This document shows, one piece after another, positions 56,855 to 64,000 of a DNA stretch of 64,000 nt (position 1 is the first letter of the stretch; every line of letters starts with the position of its first letter). Origin of the DNA: Patescibacteria group bacterium (GTDB lineage: Bacteria > Patescibacteriota > Minisyncoccia > Phycocordibacterales > JBBUBG01); assembly GCA_040384765.1 (NCBI GenBank), contig JAZKIQ010000004.1:63434-127433 (forward strand), in the 5' to 3' direction. The position numbers and the translations under genes are program-made. The notes beneath the pieces are model-generated. The model was not told the origin of the DNA. It saw only the letters and a list, made by a program, of their open reading frames with translations, and searched no databases.

Positions 56855-57769
56855 ATGCGCACCTCGTTTGTTTCGCAAATCATTATTGTATTTCTTGCAA
56901 ACCTCGGCCTTGCCTTGGTTATTCCGCCTGTCTCTATTCCGAACTTGGATTCGCTCCTCATGTCGTCCGCCTTTCTTTTCTCGGTTGTGTACGGCTTCGA
57001 GCTTTCTATGGTGCTTTCACACTTCTCCGAACTCAAGCGCCAGCTCGCCATCGAAAATGCCGGACTCCTCTCCGTGCACCATCTTTCGGGAATTGTAGGA
57101 GGGCCCGTAGGGAAAAAAGTACAAGCGGCTGTCGAGACCTATATCATGGCTGCTATCGACCAGCCTCTCTCGGCGCATCTGCGTGTTGATAAGGAGTTTT
57201 TTGCAATCTGGAAACCGCTCGAGGACCTGGTAGAGGTGAAAGGGCAGGAGAAGGGGAGAGCACTTCAGTATTTAAACGAAGCACTGTACTACATGCCTCA
57301 GGCTCGCTCGCGCATTGCCGCCGCCGCGCCGCGTTTTGTAGATGCTCCCGTGTGGGCGATGTTGGGCGCTCTCGGGATTGTGCTCGCGGGGCTTATTTTC
57401 ACAAGCCATGATGCCTCGCTCTTTTCGCTTGTCTCCGCTGCGCTTTTCGTCACGATCGTTTTTGGGGCACTGCTCCTTCTTGATGAGATCGACTCAAACC
57501 GCATCGAAGAAGCAAAGCTAGAGTACGAGCAGTTCAACGAGACGCTCGTCTCGCTTGGCTACCTGCGCTACTATCCTGAGTTTGCGCTTGCACAGGGGGT
57601 GGTTGTGCCATCTCGAGATGCACGCTATCGAATTGGGGTGTTTCCGCACTATCCGTCTCTGGTGGGCCGCACTATCCACAAGGAGGGAGAAGAAAAAAGG
57701 GTTCGGACGGTTCGCACGCGGGCGGTCTCGAAAAAGCCCCAAGCGCCAAAACGGATAAAGAAAGTGTAG
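56855..57769 (+). CDS. Polytopic membrane hypothetical protein (start MRTSFVSQ, internal to the track ORF)
   Basis: Multiple TM segments; basic C-terminal tail. Confidence 0.55.
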   Translation: MRTSFVSQIIIVFLANLGLALVIPPVSIPNLDSLLMSSAFLFSVVYGFELSMVLSHFSELKRQLAIENAGLLSVHHLSGIVGGPVGKKVQAAVETYIMAAIDQPLSAHLRVDKEFFAIWKPLEDLVEVKGQEKGRALQYLNEALYYMPQARSRIAAAAPRFVDAPVWAMLGALGIVLAGLIFTSHDASLFSLVSAALFVTIVFGALLLLDEIDSNRIEEAKLEYEQFNETLVSLGYLRYYPEFALAQGVVVPSRDARYRIGVFPHYPSLVGRTIHKEGEEKRVRTVRTRAVSKKPQAPKRIKKV

Positions 57770-57830
57770 TTTCAGCACGCGCTCTTCTTCGCTGTGAGCC
57801 ATCGCCACTCCTTCACAGGAGTGGCTTTTT

Positions 57831-58271
57831 GTGTTAAAAATAGTACCACTTCATATGGAGAATCTCTCTCGTCTATGGACCGATATTCTTGAATCACGCC
57901 TCGGCGCGCTCTTCTTTGGTGTACCCATGATGCGCAATTCGGCCTTGTACGCCCTTGTTTGGTCGGGGTATGTTCTGCTCGCGTCGATCGATTCGGCGTT
58001 TCGAGGGGAGCTCCCTCATGAGCTATGGCTTGCTACCGCAGGGCTTCCTCTTTTTATAGGCAACCTTCTTCCCTTTAAGAGCTTTGTAGCCGGGGCAGAT
58101 CCGGAGGATACGCTCATCTTGCTCTACACTCTTGTGCCACTCCTCCTGTGGGTCATCTCCTTTGGGATTATCCACGGACTTTTTTTCTTTTTTGCCGCCC
58201 TCAACTCGGAGGCAGAGCGCCGCGTCATTATCTTCGAAACAGCTCGAGAGGCAGTAGCAAGTCCTGTTTAG
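57831..58271 (+). CDS. Membrane hypothetical protein (146 aa)
   Basis: Four TM segments. Confidence 0.5.
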   Translation: MLKIVPLHMENLSRLWTDILESRLGALFFGVPMMRNSALYALVWSGYVLLASIDSAFRGELPHELWLATAGLPLFIGNLLPFKSFVAGADPEDTLILLYTLVPLLLWVISFGIIHGLFFFFAALNSEAERRVIIFETAREAVASPV

Positions 58272-58370
58272 GAGAGAGAAAAAAAGAGGGTTGACCCCGA
58301 TAGAAACCATCCCCGCATCTCGTCTTGCAGCAGGACGAAATGCGCCCGCAGCGGGCTGTTTCTAACGGGG

Positions 58371-58399
58371 TTGACTTTTACCTAAAAGGGGTGTATATT
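58371..58399 (+). promoter_or_regulatory. Sigma70 promoter TTGACT-17-TATATT for the RRM protein gene
   Basis: ttgacttttacctaaaaggggtgtatatt. Confidence 0.65.
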
Positions 58400-58487
58400 A
58401 GCTGCAATTGTAAGTTTTCTCGAGCGCGTCGCCGTAAGGAGAGATGAGCGAGAGGGTCGCCTTACAGTTTTAGTAGATAGTATCCAA

Positions 58488-58826
58488 ATGGCTACACGAT
58501 TGTACGTTGGCGGATTGCCGTACTCGACCACTGAAGACTCGCTTCGCGCAGCTTTTGCGCAGGCAGGCGCAGTGACGTCGGCAACCATCATCATGGACAA
58601 GATGACCGGCCGTTCCAAGGGTTTTGGTTTCGTCGAAATGGGATCTGATGCAGATTCCCAGAAGGCGATCGAAATGTGGAATGGTAAGGAATTCGAAGGC
58701 CGCCGCCTTACCGTGAACGAAGCTCGCCCAATGGAAGCTCGCCCTCCACGAACAGGTGGAAATGGTGGAGGCTATGGGGGAGGTTCTTCTTTCGGTGGAA
58801 ATGGTGGAGGTGGAAACCGCTGGTAA
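58488..58826 (+). CDS. RRM-type glycine-rich RNA-binding protein
   Basis: RNP2 LYVGGL and RNP1 KGFGFVEM; Gly-rich tail. Confidence 0.9.
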   Translation: MATRLYVGGLPYSTTEDSLRAAFAQAGAVTSATIIMDKMTGRSKGFGFVEMGSDADSQKAIEMWNGKEFEGRRLTVNEARPMEARPPRTGGNGGGYGGGSSFGGNGGGGNRW

Positions 58827-58837
58827 CCAGCAGCGAA

Positions 58838-58876
58838 ACTAAAACGGGCCGCTTGGTGCGGCCCGTTTTAGTTTCG
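58838..58876. terminator. Bidirectional terminator
   Basis: aaactaaaacgggccgcttggtgcggcccgttttagttt. Confidence 0.7.
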
Positions 58877-58942
58877 CATGGTGAGCTATCAGGAGACATT
58901 CGTCTCGACTCTCCTCGAACTCGAATTGAAATTTTCGCGAAT

Positions 58943-60748
58943 ATGAATATAAGAAACATTGCAATTATCGCCCACGTAGACCACGGCAAGACCACTCTTG
59001 TTGATGCTTTGCTGCGGCAGTCGAACACCAAGCTTGCGAAAGAGGTGGCTGACTCGACCTGCATCATGGACTCAAACGAGCTTGAGAAGGAGCGCGGCAT
59101 TACTATTTTTTCTAAAAATGCGAGCGTCTTCTGGAAGGATGTGAAGCTCAATATTATTGACACGCCAGGCCACGCCGACTTCGGTGGGGAGGTGGAGCGC
59201 GTACTTTCCATGACCGACGGTGCGCTTCTCTTGGTGGATGCAAAGGAGGGTCCTATGCCGCAGACTCGCTTCGTACTTAAAAAGGCGCTTGAGATGAAAC
59301 TCAAGATTATTGTGGTGATCAACAAGGTAGACAAGTCCGACGCGCGCCCTGCTGTGGTTGTAGAGAAAGTGCTGGAGCTGTTTCTTGAGCTTGGAGCCGG
59401 AGAGAGCGCTCTCGATGTGCCGTTTGTGTATGCGGTGGCCCGCGAAGGCAAAGCTGGCCTTACGCCCGACATTCCTTCCATGAATGGCATCGCTCCTATT
59501 TTTGATGCGATTCTTGAACATATTCCTGCGCCTACGGGAGATGCCTCAAAGCCTCTTCAGATGCTGGTCTCGTCGATTGTCGGCGACAACTTCAAAGGCC
59601 GCATTGCTATTGGCCGTATTTATAACGGTGTGATCCACGCTGCCGAGCAGGTGATGCATATTAACCGCAGTGGTGAGATGAAGCCATATCGCCTTACATC
59701 GCTCATGACCTTTTCGGGCCTTGATCGCTTGGAAGCAAAGGAGGCATCTGCGGGAGATATTGTTTCAATCGCTGGAATTCCTGATATTACGATTGGTGAG
59801 ACGATTGCCGATCTCGCTACGCCTGTCGCACTTCCTCTTCTTGATATCGAAGAGCCAACGGTGAAGATGACCTTCAAGATCAACGACTCTCCGTTTGCAG
59901 GGAAGGAGGGGACATACTCTACTTCACGCCAGATCCGCGCACGCCTTATGAAAGAGCTTGAGACCGATATGGCGCTTCGCGTGGAAGATGGTCCTGATAA
60001 CACATGGGTTGTAGCTGGCCGCGGAGAGCTTCACCTGGCTATTGTCATCGAGCGCCTGCGTCGCGATGGGTTTGAATTTGCCGTTTCTCGTCCGCAGGTG
60101 ATCGTGAAAGAGGTGAATGAGGTAAAGATGGTGCCGTACGAAAAAGCGTATATCGAAGTGCCAGATCAGTTTGCGGGCGCGGTGATCCAAAAGCTAGGCA
60201 GCCGCCAGGGAGAGATGGCCGAGATGCGCTCAGAAAACGGGATCACATTTCTTGAATTTATCATTCCGACACGTGGCCTCTTTGGCTACCGCAGTGATCT
60301 CCTTACCGACTCGAAAGGGCTCGGCATCATCAATACGTCATTTCTTGAGTACCGACCTGAGCGTGGCGGCTTCCCTGAGCGTGCTAATGGCTCGCTGGTG
60401 GCCTTTGAGACGGGTGAGACGCGCCTCTTTGGCCTTCTCGCTGTGCAAGACCGTGGCGTGCTCTTCATTGGGCCGGCAGTACAGGTGTACAAGGGGCAGG
60501 TGGTGGGTAAGAACTCTCGTGTGGAAGACCTGCCAGTAAACGTATGTAAAGAGAAGCAGCTTTCAAACATGCGCTCCAAAGGTGATGGTCCTGCAGAGAA
60601 CCATGTGCCTCCAAAAATTATGAATCTTGAAGAGGCGCTTGAATATATCGGAGACGACGAGCTTGTGGAGGTGACGCCAAAGAGCGTACGTATCCGCAAG
60701 ATGGTGCTCGATGAGAATGAGGCCCGAAGAAAAGCACGAGGAATGTAG
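58943..60748 (+). CDS. typA: Translational GTPase TypA/BipA (start MNIRNIAIIAHVDHGKTT)
   Basis: 601 aa; EF-G-like domains. Confidence 0.94.
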   Translation: MNIRNIAIIAHVDHGKTTLVDALLRQSNTKLAKEVADSTCIMDSNELEKERGITIFSKNASVFWKDVKLNIIDTPGHADFGGEVERVLSMTDGALLLVDAKEGPMPQTRFVLKKALEMKLKIIVVINKVDKSDARPAVVVEKVLELFLELGAGESALDVPFVYAVAREGKAGLTPDIPSMNGIAPIFDAILEHIPAPTGDASKPLQMLVSSIVGDNFKGRIAIGRIYNGVIHAAEQVMHINRSGEMKPYRLTSLMTFSGLDRLEAKEASAGDIVSIAGIPDITIGETIADLATPVALPLLDIEEPTVKMTFKINDSPFAGKEGTYSTSRQIRARLMKELETDMALRVEDGPDNTWVVAGRGELHLAIVIERLRRDGFEFAVSRPQVIVKEVNEVKMVPYEKAYIEVPDQFAGAVIQKLGSRQGEMAEMRSENGITFLEFIIPTRGLFGYRSDLLTDSKGLGIINTSFLEYRPERGGFPERANGSLVAFETGETRLFGLLAVQDRGVLFIGPAVQVYKGQVVGKNSRVEDLPVNVCKEKQLSNMRSKGDGPAENHVPPKIMNLEEALEYIGDDELVEVTPKSVRIRKMVLDENEARRKARGM

Positions 60749-60756
60749 AAATAAAA

Positions 60757-60784
60757 AAAGCGCCGTAAGGCGCTTTTTTATTTG
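60757..60784 (+). terminator. Rho-independent terminator
   Basis: aaaaagcgccgtaaggcgctttttt. Confidence 0.7.
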
Positions 60785-60831
60785 CTAGACTTCTTACCCT
60801 GGCTGGTATTAATATCTATACAAGTTTGATT

Positions 60832-61041
60832 CGGGACGTGGTGTAACGGTAACATTCACGAGATGGGGTCGAATCTTTTGTCGGGCTATAGTGTAACGGT
60901 AACATTCACGATTCGGGTTCGTGAGACTCTGGGTTCAAATCCCAGTAGCCCGACAAAAGATTTGACGGGAATGCCCCAAGCGCATTCCCCGGATTTTCAG
61001 CAGAAAATGTGAGACTCCGGGTTCAAATCCCGGCGTCCCGA
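60832..61041 (+). tRNA. Split or nested tRNA-Pro(UGG)-like gene: 5' half 60832-60868, 3' half 61007-61041, interrupted by 138 nt that contain the tRNA-Pro(CGG) gene
   Basis: Acceptor CGGGACG pairs perfectly with CGTCCCG; T arm CCGGG-TTCAAAT-CCCGG (compensatory relative to the inner tRNA); anticodon loop GATGGGG. Confidence 0.4.
60882..60953 (+). tRNA. tRNA-Pro (anticodon CGG)
   Basis: Hand-folded: acceptor CGGGCTA/TAGCCCG; D stem GTGT/ACAT; anticodon stem CACGA/TCGTG; loop TTCGGGT; T arm CTGGG-TTCAAAT-CCCAG. Confidence 0.8.
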
Positions 61042-61159
61042 CTGAGCAAGGCGAAGGAGCGGAGGAGAAAATGCCCTGCGGCATTTTTGTTCGGTATTTG
61101 AAGGACTTTTCAATGTCGAGCAATGCGAGACGTGAAAAGTACCCGCGACGGTAGTCGAA

Positions 61160-61186
61160 AATCCCGGCGTCCCGACATTTTGACGG
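61160..61186 (+). repeat. Third copy of a tRNA-Pro 3' end (aaatcccggcgtcccgac) plus duplicated downstream sequence attttgacgg
   Basis: Exact 18-nt match to 61025-61042; following attttgacgg matches 60959-60970 (after the inner tRNA). Confidence 0.6.
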
Positions 61187-61298
61187 TTTGTGATCTGCGT
61201 TCTACCATAGAGCTTTTATTTGACAGGTATAACGGTTGAGGTAGATAATATCTCCATTAATTAACAAGGTCGAACGAAGCAAGTAATCAGAGTAAGAT

Positions 61299-61970
61299 AT
61301 GACGAACTACAAGCGAGGATCAACAGCGGCGGTACTCGTATCAGCAGTCGTGGGTCTTTTGGTAGGATACGGAATCGCACGCGGTACGAATGGAAGCGCT
61401 GTGCCAGCAGGTGACATGGCGCCAACCTCTGTTTCGAAAGCAGCAGATCTCCGTGTTGTGCTCAATGCTATTGAGCGACAGCACGTAGACCTCGCTTCAA
61501 CAGCTGTGCGCAACGCCTTTGATGGCAGCGCAGACACAAACGCATCAGTGGATGCCCTATCGGCAAACACGAAGCGTCTTTCAGATGCAGTAGCAAGTGT
61601 ATACGGAGCAGAGGCTGGGAAGAAATTCTCGGACATCTGGTCGAGCCACATCGGCTTCTTCGTAGACTATACGCTCGCTGCAAAGGCTGGCGATAAAGCA
61701 AAGATGGACAAAGCAGTGCAGAACCTCGGTGGATACGCAGATGCGGTCTCCGATTTTCTCTCACAGGCTAACCCAAACTTGCCTCGCGAAGCAGTGCACG
61801 GTCTCGTAATGCAGCACATTGGCCACCTCAAGGGTGCAGTTGATGCATACGGCCGGAAAGATTATGCCGGATCGTACACCGCTCAGTCTGAGGCGTACGA
61901 GCAGATTGGCAAAATTGCAGATGCGATCGCGGAAGCTATCGTAAAGCAGAAGCCAGAAGCGTTCAACTAG
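61299..61970 (+). CDS. Membrane-anchored hypothetical protein (223 aa), Ala/Asp-rich helical
   Basis: TM AVLVSAVVGLLVGYGIA. Confidence 0.5.
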   Translation: MTNYKRGSTAAVLVSAVVGLLVGYGIARGTNGSAVPAGDMAPTSVSKAADLRVVLNAIERQHVDLASTAVRNAFDGSADTNASVDALSANTKRLSDAVASVYGAEAGKKFSDIWSSHIGFFVDYTLAAKAGDKAKMDKAVQNLGGYADAVSDFLSQANPNLPREAVHGLVMQHIGHLKGAVDAYGRKDYAGSYTAQSEAYEQIGKIADAIAEAIVKQKPEAFN

Positions 61971-62101
61971 AACGTCTTCTCTCACCGATCGACAGTTCGA
62001 AGAAACCCCGACGTGTCCTACGGGGTTTCTTTGCTAAAAGAGAGGTAAACCCTCTCTTTTAGCAAAGAAGTTATGCATAAAAACCGTTTGCAGATTACTT
62101 G

Positions 62102-62260
62102 ATTGCCTAGCGTAGTGAGAGAAATGAAAAGAGTACTTTTTATTTCCGAACGAGCGACGGCAAAAAAGGGCAGATACCCCGCCGCTTTGCGGCGCCCCGT
62201 ACAAACAGTACACTGGTTGTACGGGGCGGGGGCTTGTCCCGGGGTTAATACCCTTTATTC
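62102..62260 (+). repeat. Family-2 element copy C, immediately upstream of the cupredoxin gene
   Basis: GATTGCCTAGCGTAGTGAGAG...CGAACGAGCGACGGCAAAAAAGGGCAGATACCCCG-hairpins-GGGCTTGTCCCGGGGTTAATACCCTTTATT. Confidence 0.75.
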
Positions 62261-62277
62261 GTTCCCATACTATATTT

Positions 62278-62724
62278 ATGAACAACAAAGCACTTGGCAT
62301 TGGCGTAGTAGTCGTTATTATCATCGGTCTCTTCCTTCTCATGCCGAAGGGTACTGAGGCTCCTGCCGACAACAATGGCGCAGCGCCTGTATCGGGGGGC
62401 ACAGGATCTTCTGACACCACGACTGGTACCTCAGTAGATGTGTCCGCTACTGTATCTACAACCGTTGGAGCAGGACAGGTTGCCGCATCGATCAAAGGAT
62501 ATGCTTTCGCTCCCGGAGTTATCAAAGTAAAGAAGGGGACCACTGTCACCTGGACTAACATGGATTCAGTTGGCCACAGCGTCGTTGCAGATTCAGGAAA
62601 GTGGACGAGCGATCTTCTTGCAAAAGGCCAGACCTACTCGTACACCTTTGATGCAGTTGGAACGGTGGCATACCACTGCGGCCCACATCCATACATGAAG
62701 GGTACTGTTGAGGTTACTGAATAG
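62278..62724 (+). CDS. Membrane-anchored type-1 copper (cupredoxin) protein
   Basis: Ligand set H(GHS) ... YHCGPHPYM (Cys-His-Met). Confidence 0.85.
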   Translation: MNNKALGIGVVVVIIIGLFLLMPKGTEAPADNNGAAPVSGGTGSSDTTTGTSVDVSATVSTTVGAGQVAASIKGYAFAPGVIKVKKGTTVTWTNMDSVGHSVVADSGKWTSDLLAKGQTYSYTFDAVGTVAYHCGPHPYMKGTVEVTE

Positions 62725-62730
62725 CATTTC

Positions 62731-63159
62731 GTGACAGAGCTTTTTCGCCACATCTGGAAAAAGGTGCTCGTGGTGTTCGTTTTTGCGATTGCCGCTGGTT
62801 TTATTATTGCAAAAACAACGTCACCTGAAGCCCCTGTTGCTGGGAACGAGCTTGAAGAGGCGACGCCAGCGGTTGTTGTTCGTCTGCTTCCGCTTGGTCC
62901 GGACCCCAAAGAGGTCACGGTCGCCCGCGGATCTATAGTTGAGTTTGCGGCTCGTGATGGCAAACTCCACGATCTTCGCGAGGGGGAGCCCGATCTCCAT
63001 GAAGCGGCGCCCTCCAAAAAGGAAGGCTATCAGTCGGGAGTTTTTGCTCCAGACGAGGCCTACCGGGTGCGTTTTGACCGAGTCGGGGAGTTCGTCTTCC
63101 ACGACCACCTTAATCTTAAGACAGTGATATATATTCACGTCTATGAACCAACCTCTTGA
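62731..63159 (+). CDS. Membrane-anchored cupredoxin-like hypothetical protein
   Basis: TM VLVVFVFAIAAGFIIA; beta-rich; FVFHDH. Confidence 0.45.
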   Translation: MTELFRHIWKKVLVVFVFAIAAGFIIAKTTSPEAPVAGNELEEATPAVVVRLLPLGPDPKEVTVARGSIVEFAARDGKLHDLREGEPDLHEAAPSKKEGYQSGVFAPDEAYRVRFDRVGEFVFHDHLNLKTVIYIHVYEPTS

Positions 63160-63685
63160 TACAGCGCCGGTAGAATCGTTCTGGAACCCGATTCGTCGCA
63201 TGTTCGCCTTGTGGGTCGTTGTATTGCTCATTGGGTTCTACGGGACACAATACGGACAGGATAAAGGTCCTACTACGACGAACGTGATCTGGCTCGTGCT
63301 CGGTCTCCTTGGGGTCGGGTATATGAAAAAGGTGATGCCATTTTCTGATCCGGTCTACGGTCCTCCAAACAAGAAGATCTTCTGGGCGTGGTTTGCGATC
63401 GTTTTCGGCGGCATTGCGCTTACGCAGGCCTCTTTCTACTACCAGCCGCTCACTATGTTTGTGCCGTATCTTGGCGCACTCTGGCTCTTTCTCATGGCTC
63501 TTGGTCATGCGATTACCGGACTCGTCGACAAGAAGAGCCTTGCAAACGTGTACGCAGCAACGACAGTGCTCCAGGTTCTCGCAGGACTCTTTATTATCTT
63601 CGTACCAATGCTGATGGGTCCGCAGTTTCTCTTTGCTGGTGTGGTAAGTGCGCTCGCCATGGTTCTACTCATTGCATTCGCTTAG
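63143..63685 (+). CDS. Polytopic membrane hypothetical protein (180 aa)
   Basis: 5-6 TM segments. Confidence 0.5.
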   Translation: MNQPLDTAPVESFWNPIRRMFALWVVVLLIGFYGTQYGQDKGPTTTNVIWLVLGLLGVGYMKKVMPFSDPVYGPPNKKIFWAWFAIVFGGIALTQASFYYQPLTMFVPYLGALWLFLMALGHAITGLVDKKSLANVYAATTVLQVLAGLFIIFVPMLMGPQFLFAGVVSALAMVLLIAFA

Positions 63686-63686
63686 C

Positions 63687-64000
63687 ATGAACTCATCTAA
63701 AGAAATCGTATACGATTACGCTATTGTGGGCGGCGGCATAGCTGGCCTTTCGACTGCGTATCACCTCGTTCGCGACGGGCATAGTGTTGTTGTATTCGAC
63801 CGAGACAACTGTCTTTCAAACGCTAGCTTCAACTCTACGGCTATCACGTCCCACGACCCTGACTGCGACTGGGACAAGGTTATCGAAAAGTTTGGCATAG
63901 AGGGTGCTCGAGATATCTGGAAGCTCGGAGAGCATTCGATGAAGATGCTTGCTGAGTATGCGCACAAGGTGAACCCGCATTTTGTGGCAAAGCGCTTGCC
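63687..64000 (+). CDS. FAD-dependent oxidoreductase (DAO/glycine-oxidase-like), N-terminal part; runs off the window
   Basis: Own translation MNSSKEIVYDYAIVGGGIAGLSTAYHLVRDGHSVVVFDRDN (GxGxxG Rossmann). Absent from the ORF track because no stop lies in the window. Confidence 0.7.
   Translation, partial: MNSSKEIVYDYAIVGGGIAGLSTAYHLVRDGHSVVVFDRDNCLSNASFNSTAITSHDPDCDWDKVIEKFGIEGARDIWKLGEHSMKMLAEYAHKVNPHFVAKRL

Noticed and set aside
62034-62561. 175-aa minus ORF
   Set aside because: Antisense of the cupredoxin gene plus a read-through of the family-2 repeat. Its KGINPG(T/A)SPR motif is simply the repeat translated.
1-64000. CRISPR arrays, rRNA genes, tmRNA, RNase P, SRP RNA, integrase/transposase genes
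   Set aside because: Scanned by eye for spacer-repeat periodicity and hallmark motifs (tmRNA tRNA-like end, RNase P GGTAAGAGCGCACC, SRP GGAAGCAGCC). None found. The 3876-4053 and 51245-52015 regions remain unassigned.

Overview
The window reads like a small, streamlined bacterial genome of the Patescibacteria/CPR type (an inference from gene content, not a database hit). It is gene-dense, GC around 55%, with many near-consensus sigma70 promoters and hairpin terminators.

Conserved core genes, in order:
- HU (3542..3820), RNase Y, a tig-clpP operon, nusA.
- A large type IV pilus cluster (pilB, pilC, three prepilin-like genes, a PilX-like beta-helix protein) preceded by secreted/anchored surface proteins.
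- tpiA-pgk, a HIT protein, recJ, a MerR regulator, RNase H.
- ComEC split into two ORFs, and rpmB.
- A str/S10/spc ribosomal-protein block (rpsL-rpsG-fusA ... tuf-rpsJ-rplC-rplD-rplW-rplB ... rpsS-rplV-rpsC-rplP-rpsQ-rplN-rplX-rplE).
- secA, typA, a tRNA-Pro locus, and cupredoxin genes.

The ORF track misses two genes at the window edges:
- A giant membrane protein with four tandem 7-TM modules (1..3450, minus strand, runs off the window).
- An FAD-oxidoreductase N-terminus (63687..64000).

The most unusual signals are non-coding:
- Two repeat families, each with three copies. Family 1 is a roughly 75-nt conserved core clamped by locus-specific perfect inverted repeats. Family 2 is a roughly 160-nt element with compensatory stem changes that supplies C-terminal codons and stop codons to rpmB and a pterin dehydratase gene.
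- A nested or split tRNA-Pro arrangement, with an extra duplicated tRNA 3' end that looks like an att scar.
- Hexamer or heptad-repeat palindromes sitting directly on the start codons of clpP and pilC.
- Several long perfect inverted repeats enclosing 45-95 nt loops.
- The universally syntenic ribosomal-protein operon is broken by accessory insertions (2.8 kb between fusA and tuf, 4.7 kb between rplB and rpsS), lacks rpmC, and ends after rplE.

The best candidate for a previously undescribed system is the pair of repeat families, which look like small RNA-structured elements that insert into hairpin loops and gene 3' ends. No CRISPR array, rRNA gene, or recognisable integrase or transposase is present.
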